A stretch of 22,509 nucleotides of DNA, from the NCBI GenBank assembly GCA_000934665.2, contig KZ538320.1, forward strand, positions 62,001-84,509. The letters run 5' to 3'. Under the pieces are notes generated by a model that saw only the letters and a program-made list of their open reading frames with translations, was not told the DNA's origin and ran no database searches. Source of the DNA: Catajapyx aquilonaris. Lineage: Eukaryota. Shown piece after piece: positions 11,338 through 20,614 of this stretch. Position numbers and translations under genes: made by a program. Positions within the stretch are counted from its first letter, which is position 1. Each line of letters opens with the position of its first letter.

Positions 11338-11975
11338 GGCGCACCACAGTTCACGCAGCTTGCACGGTTGGCATTATCAAGGGATACAGTTGAATCCGGA
11401 TATAACAGACTTCAAGGAACATCGGAAAGAGGTCTGTTACAGCCAAATTCCCACTTTTGAACGAATGCTTTCCATGTGTCTATAATGCACACTACTGCAT
11501 GCTCATCATTGAACCTATCGTCAAAAATTCAAAACTAGCTCACCCGAAAATTGTGAAGGATTAAAAAACGCAATTTTCTTCTGCAATCTCCATGTTGCCA
11601 AATATACCAGAAAATATTATTTTGATCTTTCCGGTTAGTGTAAAGGAGCGCCTAGATCAGTAGCAGATGGGAAAATTAGCCCTGATCCTGTATACATTGC
11701 TTTTCTCGCGTGGAAAAGGAAGCCGGGTAATCGAAAACAGCATATTTTCCCACCGGGAGGCCAAGAAATGGTCTATTATAGCCGAAGTGATGTGAATATG
11801 AGTATGTTATATCAGGAGTTAAAAATACACAGGGCCGTAACCCGACCTTTCCAGTCTGTTATAGCCGAGGCTAACTGTAACTGGTAAGTTCTATATACCG
11901 TAGTGGGTGTATTGAGCTGTACTTATTTCCAACGCTAAACAAAATGGCTACTTTTGCTACGTTGCCAAAGCTCTA
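11338..11975 (+). mobile_element. MITE family A, degenerate copy split in two by a family B insertion
   Basis: 11338-11386 (GCGCACCACAGTTCACGCAGCTTGCACGGTTGGCATTATCAAGGGATA) resumes at 11880 (ACTGGTAAG...CTTATTTCCAACGCTAAACAAAATGGCTACTTTTGCTACGTTGCCAAAGC), colinear with copy 1. Confidence 0.85.
11387..11877 (+). mobile_element. pogo/Tigger-like MITE (family B), copy 1, TA target-site duplication
   Basis: TA|CAGTTGAATCCGGATATAAC ... GTTATAGCCGAGGCTAACTG|TA, with repeated subterminal GTTATA(G/A)CCGA motifs. The body is colinear with 20615-21441, and the duplicated TA corresponds to a single TA in intact family A copies. Confidence 0.85.
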
Positions 11976-14813
11976 GCCTGCTGATGAGAGGCAAGATTCT
12001 TCAAGTGACGGACATTTAGAGGTCAGCATCTGGCAGGCTGGCTTGCAGATCCGTCTCACAGGTTAACACAAGCGACCTTTTTATTATGTAGGTGGGCCAA
12101 ACTCTGACGTGTTGTGGGCATCCCTGAAATCCTAGTCCCGAGACGCATCACTCAGCCAATGAGATGCTCTCCCCCCCTTTTTTTGGCTGTGATCCTGCGA
12201 GCAGACTTGGGGAGTGGTGGAGGCCACCAACGCATCTAGTTTTCATGAGACTTACTCTAAGCTGCACTTTAAGCCCGAGTAACGGCACCCTAATCCCGTC
12301 TTATGTCCACTTTAGGACCAACAGGGTGGGACTTGGTTTTTTCCGCGCAACTTGGCGCGTTCGGGAGGCGGCCGCTGCTCCGATGCAATATTCAAGTCAG
12401 TCTGCGGCCGCTTTTTGCCAGCGGGGAATTTCATTACTGGACGCCACGGGAGGACAGACCGAAAAAAAAAAAATCCGACACTGCTACCAGGTGATGTCAC
12501 CTACAAATGAAGGCGTGGGATCAAAAAATGGGGGGGTGGAGAGAGAAGTGTCGCCATTTTTTTAAAAACAGAGGATTAAATGCCAGGGGTTTTGCAAACA
12601 GTGCGAACAGGTTGGATCAAAATCCGGTTCAAATCCATTTCGAATGAGAGAATTCTTTTTTGGCAGGAATATTTGTAATGCTCAAATCTGTTTGAGATTG
12701 AGATGTGAATATTGGCTTGGAAAAGCTAGTCGAATTCGATTTTTAAACTGTTATAAATGGTGTCAGTAATTGTCGTTATACCAAACATACTTGTCACAAT
12801 AGCCAAATTCACACGTTTTAAATGAATATTTCAGTTTATATTCACTGTACAGTCCATTCTGCTCAGATACATCACATTTGCGAAAGAAACTATTGGTTTG
12901 GGTGAATTATTCCAAAAAAAGAACTGCTCAATTATTGAAAGTAGCAAATGAGGCTTGTTTAAACCTGCCTGCGTCTATTATATGAGACGAAAGTCATTAA
13001 ATTTTGCAAATATTGTTAAACATTTTATTCGTCGTAAACGTTGCTTTTTAAACGGGTAATTGGTGTCAAAGTAATTTATAAACAGCACAACTCTAAAACT
13101 GCAATTACCTACCTATATGAGATCTACCCGTCTAATTGCACTTTTTGAAACAAATTGGCACGATTGTATCAACACCAGTCAAGTTTTAACACCCGATACT
13201 TCACTGTTGCTAAACGTTAGGTCAATATTGATCAGCAATGATATACTGTGCAGGCGGTTAAAGATTTACAGGCTTTTTGCCCGGATTGTATCGCGATTGG
13301 TAAAGTTTTAACCTGTTTTTATTAGTATAGTAGTAGGCAAATTGGTTGGTAAACACTTCATAACAAAGAAAATACATGTCGTTAAAACTGTACAGTGTAT
13401 ATAGTACATGCTGCAATAATCCATATGAATACTTTTGACTACTATATGTAACTGAAATATTTAAAAAAATATGCACGATGGATTATTCATTATGAGATAT
13501 TTTACCAATTTTTTCGTCTAGATGAAAACTGTCCATCAAAAAGTGCACGTGAAGTACTACGGCTCATTATGCATTGCCCAACTCAAATTCTACCAAAATG
13601 TGACTGATCCCTCTGAATTTCATGTCTTGATATGTTCAAATCGGAGCCACTCTCTATTCAAATTAAAATGTGAAGGCCAGGTTTAAACTAAGTTAAAACT
13701 ATAACACCGGTCCTTTTGAAACGCTAGAAAAAATGACCCAAGTGTATTGCTCACACTCCATGACAGTATTAACACTCAGGGTTCAGCCCAATTAGAACGA
13801 CACAGCTTAATTTCCATCCAGGCCGAACCAAGTCCAGACCTTTGTGACATCAAAGTTCAATAGCGCAGGTTCATATTCTCGTTTTTTTAAATAAAAAAAA
13901 GTAGGGCGAAATGTAAAGGTTTTTTGATCCCGCCCATTCAATAGGTCCAGACTAGTGGTAGCGGCGGAATGAGATTTTTTTCCCTCTCTATTTCGGATCT
14001 GGGTCTGTCCCGCACTCTTTTTCACCTTGGATTCCGGAATTCCTGTCGAGATGGATGACTGAAAAGAGTTGGGAGAAGGGACAAGTGGCGCCTAATTTGT
14101 GAAGCGACCCCCGGATATATTCCAGGGGACCCAATAATTCGGGCCAACTGGTCGGAAAAAGCTCACATGCAGGATCGATCATGAAGTCAGCCCCACTCGA
14201 TATTGCAAAAAAATGGAGTGCGAATTATTACTCCAGTTTGTGCAAAAATGACTGCAGATTGTTTGTGTACTATACCAGCAAAGGATTTTAAATATATGAA
14301 GTAAATATGTTGATTTTTTTTTGGTCTTTTTTGCGGGGGAGTGTGTGTTGGAGGTGTGTTGACCTCTGATTGGTCGATGACATGCACGTAATGCAGATCT
14401 GTCTTGCGGCGATGAAAAGTTGGGAGCTTGTGGGACGTGGGAGATAATTCCTGTTTGAGTCTGCTGCCAGCTGCAGGCCAGCACCGGTGTACACCCACCC
14501 ATCCACCCACTACGGTACACGAGAGAAGGGTGGGGGGTAGGGAGAGCAAGTTTGCGGCCTAATGGATGGCACAATGTAATAAATGATCCAAAATAGAAGT
14601 GTAATAGAATTTCGGAGCGCACCCACCCACCATCCACCCACCCATCATCCAACCCCTCTTCTCCCCTAGAGGGGGGTGGCGCCGTCTGCTGCACAGAATG
14701 GCTGAAAAATCACGTCATATTCGCAAAAAAATATATATGCCTTAAAAACATGTCTGGAATTGGGAGTGAGCGAAACGGGTGAATTTTTACAAGCAGGGAT
14801 AGCTACTGCTATT

Positions 14814-15189
14814 TTAAAAGTAGCAGCGATTTCATGTTACTCAAAAGTAGCAGCGATCGATATGTTGGTCAAGCGTAGCAGTGATCGATACGGTACTCAA
14901 AAATAGCAGCGATCGATATGTTGGTCAAAAGTAGCAGCGATCGATAAGGTACTCAAAAATAGCAGCGATCGATATGTTGGTCAAAAGTAGCAGCGATCGA
15001 TAAGGTACTCAAAAATAGCAGCGATCGATATGTTGGTCAAAAGTAGCAGCGATCGATAAGGTACTCAAAAGTAGCAGCGATCAATATGTTGGTCAAAAGT
15101 AGCATCGCTCGATATGTTGGTCAAAAGTAGCATCGCTCGATATGTTGGTCAAACGTAGCAGCGATTGATAAGTTACTAAAATAGCAGTG
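14814..15189. repeat. 28-bp minisatellite, ~13.5 units, with a 56-bp higher-order dimer
   Basis: Units start every 28 bp from 14841. TCAAAA(A/G)TAGCAGCGATCGATATGTTGG alternates with TCAAAAGTAGCAGCGATCGATAAGGTAC; 14897-15064 is three identical 56-bp dimers. Confidence 0.95.
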
Positions 15190-15277
15190 CCGTTTATTAA
15201 CTTGAATACTGTACTTACATCATTCCTTAAATGTTTCAATACATGTAATTAGCTAGTAATAAATATTGTAAACATAA

Positions 15278-15311
15278 TGACTAATTTTATCTTCTCTTTC
15301 TGTAGGTAAGT
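15278..15311 (+). promoter_or_regulatory. Candidate recursive splice site (ratchet point; 3' splice site fused directly to a 5' splice site)
   Basis: TGACTAAT branch-point motif (15278-15285), pyrimidine tract TTTATCTTCTCTTTCTG, then TAG|GTAAGT (AG 15304-15305, GTAAGT 15306-15311). No other AG lies between 15257 and 15303. Same strand as the exon at 327-386. Confidence 0.7.
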
Positions 15312-16206
15312 GCTGTGATGCTGTTCGTACGCCGATTGTACGGTAACGTGAATATTTTCTTTTTGGCAGCGTTGTATTTTACTGGTTGCGACGTTGCCTT
15401 TTTGCACTATTTTTTCTAGGTACGGTTACAGAGTTAGTTCAGATAGTTGCTGGATACTGCAACATGGGGGGGGGGGGGGGGGGGGGAAAAATNNGGGGGC
15501 AAAATTGCACCGGTGCAGCTCAGCACCAGACGAAATGGTAGCTCTCTGAAGATTATGAAATTTTGACCCTTGACTGGATTTTGACCTTGTTTTTTTATGT
15601 AAAGGCATTTTTGGATGGCTCAAAAGAGGCAAAGATTGAGTTTGTGCTTGCCTTCAAAGTAACATTTATATTTGACGGTGCGCGGACAGGCAGTGTCGAG
15701 ATTGATGCTTGCTTTGCACCGGAAGAGGGAGGGAGGGAGGGACCACCCACCCACCCATGGGATAGATACACCAAGCAAGCGAACGAGGCTCGGAATGGAA
15801 GAGGACAGCAGGAGATAAATTGACATACTTGCCACCCACCCCCGTTTGGCAATCCCAACACCCCTCTTTTTGCCTCCGTAATAAATTCTCACTTTGGAAA
15901 TTGCTCCTCGTCTGGTAGCTATATTAATATTGTAGGATCGGGGAGCGTCTCGGGGGATTACCTTCCCCCCTCGTCTTCCCCCTTCAACCCAGATCGAAGA
16001 CCCATCAATAACAACTGACGTGATCAGATTCGAAATGACTCGGACCACTCCAGAGAACACCCTGTCGTTTAAGCCAGCTTTATCCAGTCCATTTATTATT
16101 AAACAGTGATAATGGGCCAGCAAGCCAGGATTTTCTGTATTTGCTGGTTTGTGTCCTCACATACATGTACCCAACAATCTGCCGTGGAATAGGTGATTTT
16201 TTTTAA

Positions 16207-16442
16207 CGAGCGCAACCGAGTACGCACCACAGTTAGCGCAGCTTGCACGTTTGGCTTTGGCATTATAAATTATAGTGGGTGTACTGCACTGCACTTATTT
16301 CCAACGCTACGCTTGGGAGGGACAAAATGGCCGAGTTTGCGACGTTGTCAAGGCTCTGGAACGAAACTTAAAATAATTCTGGGAACAATGTTGTCAGAAC
16401 AATGAAACTGCGCGAGTATGGGTGCGCACTAGGTTGCGCTCG
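16207..16442 (+). mobile_element. MITE family A, full-length copy 2
   Basis: 22-bp TIRs CGAGCGCAACCGAGTACGCACC / GGTGCGCACTAGGTTGCGCTCG (2 mismatches), AT-rich flanks (ttttaa / tataaa), body colinear with 5196-5470. Confidence 0.85.
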
Positions 16443-16469
16443 TATAAAGAATTCATCTACATTCTACAG

Positions 16470-17145
16470 TATAGTCAGGGAGCATATACTACATAAGAGG
16501 CGCAAACATTCGATTCGCGCGTCTCGCTGTTTGGGCCGTTGCCTAGGCTGGCGGCCATTTTGAAACGGGGGCAACGCCAACGAGGTATAAATATGGTACA
16601 GGCAGGCCGTAAAGGTCCGCCATATTTGATGGTTTTGGTGGCCATGGCATTTCACGGCAAGAACACGCGCGAAAGGAGCTCATACGGCAAAAATATTCAA
16701 ATTCGCGCGTGTTCTTGCCGTGAAGTGCCATGGCCGCCAAAACCATCAAAGATGGCTGACCTTTACGGCCTGCCTGTACCCTATTTCTGCCGTCAGATGT
16801 GAGAGGACCGTGACTCATTATCCACTTCCCTTGCGGCGAGAAAAGAAAGCAAGTGTTACCGAAAGCATCCAAGATGTGGCGTTGGGGGAAGGGGGGAAAA
16901 GGAACGGCATCCCAACTCCACCTGTTGGGTGCTTTTGGTATACCACTACTTTTTTCTCGCCGCAAGGGGAAGTGGACATTGAGTTACGGTCTTCTCATAT
17001 CTGACGGCAGATTTATACCTCGTTGGGGTTGCCCCCGTTTCAAAATGGCCGGCAGCTTTGGAAACGGCCCCAAACAGAGAGACGAGGACATCAAAGGCGT
17101 CGACGGAAGTGTGCGCCTCTTATGTAGGATGTGCTCCCTGGTATA
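16470..17145. mobile_element. Long foldback element (family D), arms about 225 bp, left arm interrupted by an insertion
   Basis: 16470-16592 plus 16787-16886 form the imperfect reverse complement of 16911-17145 (e.g. CAGGGAGCATATACTACATAAGAGGCGCA versus TGCGCCTCTTATGTAGGATGTGCTCCCTG; GGCCATTTTGAAACGGGGGCAAC versus GTTGCCCCCGTTTCAAAATGGCC). Exact termini and TSD are uncertain. Confidence 0.85.
16593..16782. mobile_element. Hairpin MITE (~190 bp, ~81-bp arms) nested in foldback D
   Basis: GGTACAGGCAGGCCGTAAAGGTC...CACGGCAAGAACACGCGCGAA (to 16673) versus TTCGCGCGTGTTCTTGCCGTG...GACCTTTACGGCCTGCCTGTACC (from 16702). It is absent from D's right arm, which reads GGTATAAATCTGCCG across the site. 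Flanks AAAT/ATTT. Confidence 0.85.
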
Positions 17146-18698
17146 GTAAGGTAAGCCCTGAAACGTGACGCAAACAATCGCCAATCATAACTAGTGCTGT
17201 CATGACTGTTGTCGTCAACAAAATCAGCGTCTATAAACCATAATACGTCCTGATTAACTTGACTAATATTTCGACAAATTAGTCGCGACACCAATGCGAT
17301 AAGGTATTTTTTTAGTTGTTGTTAGAAAAAACCTTCGCTGCACAGTTGCATTTGATGAGTGTTCGAATAACAATCCATTACAGCCACCAGCATTTTATCG
17401 CCCCTTTCATGCCTCCAATCCGACATAAGTGACCATATTGCAGCTGCCATGTTGACGCCCCACTAAAAATATACAGCTGAACACCCCGCTCCGACACTTC
17501 ATTCCCACTGGTATACTGCTGGGTATATACGTCATGTAAATTGCAACCGGCCTGGACATTAGTGTCTCCATCTTCTAACCCTGCATATCTCACACCCTGC
17601 ACTAAAAAAAAAGCGCAGAAGTAAATCACGGCTCGACGACGTTTTTCCGCGGTCGCAGTTTGTGCCAAAATTATCGCGATTATTTGGTAGCATCCGGGCA
17701 ATGCACATCGTCTAAATCAGCGGTCGCAAATACATATTTTTAGGTCCAGGTGTTATTCCTCATGCAGTGCATGGATTTTGATAAAACAAGTTTACTGATT
17801 CAGAGCTGGGGTTATTTCGGGAGGTTTTTTTTTTTTTTTTTTTTTGCAAAAACGTGATGAATCGTGTCCCACTGGGACGGGTCGTTTTGAAACAGTTGGC
17901 GCAATTTGACGTTTGCCGTCAATTCAATCATGTGACGTTGAGGGGGGGGGGTTGTGGTCGGTCCGTTTTAATTTTTACGTAAGAGTTATTTCATTAATTG
18001 TATTGGAAGCGTTATTAGGGGAGAGCTGGAATTAAATGCGAGAGGAGTGATCGTAAACAGGCATTCACTGGGATGTCAGCCAGTCAAAAGGCGTCGGAAT
18101 GTGGTCGGATATTATTTATTAATTATTACTCGAGCGTCGACAGGGTTCGAACGTGCTCGTTGCAACATCTAGCAACATAGCAACAAAAAGGGGCGTTCAA
18201 ACCGGGAAAGCCGCGTTATATCGAGATTTTACTGTAATTGTAATTTATGTATACTTCAGCTGTTGAAACTTGCGGTTGGCAGGTACAGTTATTAATATTA
18301 AGTAAAAAAAATTTGCCCGCATGTTGTCAACACGGAATAATATGTATAGTCAGCGCATTAAATTATGTAGCCTACCCGGAAATTTGGATGAATTATTAAG
18401 CTTGTTAGGCGCCTGAACCTATGTTCTACATGAATATGTGCGTCAGTGCTTCTGAATATTCAAGTCGCACTTGAAACGGTGTTGCACATGAAGTTTGAGG
18501 TGGAGTACTGCACTTACCTTTCAGATTTTATGCCCACTTGGAAAATCCCCGGTTTATAGCGGAATTCTCAGAATGACACTCTCTTGCTTACATGCTATAT
18601 AGAAGTGGCAAGAATACATTCCATAAAAGGGGTTGTACTGTCAGTATGCAAATTGCAATTTTGGGCAACTTCAACAGCCCGTAGTAAAAGCATAAATT

Positions 18699-18773
18699 AT
18701 GGTCCTCATTTACCATTGCTATGAAATGTAATATTATGTAATACATTTTATAGAAAGGGTAAATGAGGACCAT
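18699..18773. repeat. 75-bp hairpin (tiny MITE-like inverted repeat)
   Basis: Perfect 16-bp inverted repeat ATGGTCCTCATTTACC / GGTAAATGAGGACCAT, continuing imperfectly inward (CTATGAAATGTA / TACATTTTATAG). Confidence 0.7.
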
Positions 18774-19543
18774 TTTGAATTGCAAAAATTAACATTTAAT
18801 GGAATTGCTGTTGTGGTGTCCCATAATTGTGCAGAATTATTGATGAATTAAATTCTTGGAATAGATTTTCACTAGCAGGTTTCTAATTGTGACAAGTGTC
18901 GCTACAATGAGGTAAAGTGGGAGTAAACGATGTACCGAACCAATTTCCAGATTATTGAACCTTTTCGTCTGGTCCAATTTTTTTTTTCGGCGTCTCGGAG
19001 GTTGAAGGGGGGTTGTTCTCTCTCTGGCTCCTTTTGTGCCTCGGGAAAAACCTTCTCTCATATCTGTCTTGGTTCTTGGGGGGCGGAGGAAGGAGGGGAA
19101 AAGGGACTATCGTTCGCTTCCGGGGCTATCTGGCTCATTCTTCTGGATGAGCCCCTTTTGACCAGCGGGGATTTCTTCAGAAGAAGCGCCGACCGGCAGC
19201 TCACTTTGGAAAACCCGGGTGGTTCTTCTCTCCTGACGGCACAGTGAGAGTGGTGGTGCATCACCCTGTGATGCCAGTAAGAGGAAGAAGAAGAAGAAAA
19301 AAAATGGAGGGAAAGAAAGGAGCCGACTATATCTGTCCGACTTCAACTCTGCCGATACGTCCCATTCACTTTTTTCTCTCTCTCACGAGAAAAGTCATTG
19401 GTGCATTAGTTCTTTTTGTACCAATGTGATGTCACGTTCATACCTGAAAAATCGTATGCCAACTTGATAATAATTTATAACAGCTACACTTGCCGGATAA
19501 AGTGACCAGAATTTGTGATTTATTTCTTATTATTGGGGAATGT

Positions 19544-19834
19544 TACTCTCTAAAAAATAGAGTTAAAAAACTCAAGTTGGGTTCTTTTTAACTCTTTTAA
19601 ACCTTGAAAGTGGTCATTACCAAAAATGAGTTATAGTAACTCTTTCGCTGGAGTTAAAACAACTCTTTTAGTTCATTTCATCCTCCGAAAGAGTTATTCA
19701 TTAACTCTTTCGGAGGATGAAATGAACTAAAAGAGTTGTTTTAACTCCAGCAAAGAGTTATTATAACTCATTTTTGGTAATGACCACTTTCAAGGTTTAA
19801 AAGAGTTAATTTAACTCTTATTTTTTAGAGAGTA
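19544..19834. mobile_element. Near-perfect 291-bp palindromic foldback MITE, possibly CMC/EnSpm-type
   Basis: Ends TACTCTCTAAAAAATA / TATTTTTTAGAGAGTA. Inner arms 19588-19696 and 19702-19809 differ by one substitution and one 1-bp indel around a 5-nt loop. Built from repeated GAGTTA/TAACTC modules and flanked by GT on both sides (possible 2-bp TSD). Confidence 0.85.
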
Positions 19835-20614
19835 GTTTAGGCCATTGGTCACAAAGGAAGGTGTCACTCCACTGATACGTGTCCAATGTTATCTCTGCGG
19901 AGTTATGTCATTGTTTGCCGCCATTTTGGATGAGGCATGCACATATTCACGCGTCCCCAGAATTGATTCGAGGGAAATAGTTGTCGGCAAGTTCTGGTCG
20001 TCCCTTAGGCCGAAAATGGAAGTGAGGGTGGAGAGGGTGGTCTATTGATTTCTGCCCCGGGTGAATGGCTTGTGTTATCAGGAAGGGAAGAGTGGGGGAA
20101 GCTGCAGCCAGGAAGGACAAAAGGGGAGGTTCCCGGATTCCTCCGGATTCCTCCCTTACACGTCCTGCCTTGTCTCAACGGCAGCACTCTTTTGTGGCCA
20201 GCATGTCCGGGGATGGGGTGGGAGAGGAAGGGGTGATTTGAGCCGATGGCATCCCGGAGATTCCTCTCTCCTCCAAAAGCCCACTAATCTTGTCTAACGA
20301 AGGCTCTCTCCCCTTCTCTTATGTGGAGACCGCCGCCGGCGACCAAGGATATCGCCTGACAGATTAGGCTGCGGGGACTTGGGGACAATGACAGGAGGCT
20401 GGATGACTCCGGAAGGGTTTTGAGGGTGGGGGCGAAATTTCATCGCCAGTTTGAGAACGGGAGATGACAGCACGTTGGGTCGTACGAAGCTGAGTGGGCA
20501 GGTGTCCCCCCAACCCCGCGTCACTAACTGTCACAATGGGCCAGACCCACTCTCAAAGAGTGTCACGCCATTTAACCCCCAACACATGTACTTTCCTATT
20601 CAAAGAAAACTATA

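Noticed and set aside
14814..15189. CRISPR array
   Set aside because: The 28-bp units are head-to-tail with no unique spacers, there are no cas genes, and the context is eukaryotic.
8150..15500. Long poly-G/C runs with nearby N bases (near 8160-8188, 9088-9116, 15466-15494)
   Set aside because: Most likely sequencing or assembly uncertainty at homopolymers; run lengths and the small duplication near 9070-9116 are unreliable.
15563..15590. Clustered TGACC nuclear-receptor half-sites (FTZ-F1/EcR-like)
   Set aside because: Short motifs expected by chance in 22 kb; no clean ecdysone-response palindrome, and the gene identity is unconfirmed.
16464..17184. Mirror-image ORFs with similar peptides on both strands (e.g. 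MKCHGHQNHQ / MKCHGRQNHQ)
   Set aside because: A direct by-product of the inverted repeats, not gene duplication.
18511..18594. Minus-strand donor AAG|GTAAGT with a possible 77-nt exon
   Set aside because: The segment has stop codons in all three frames and there is no other sign of a minus-strand gene; compatible with chance.
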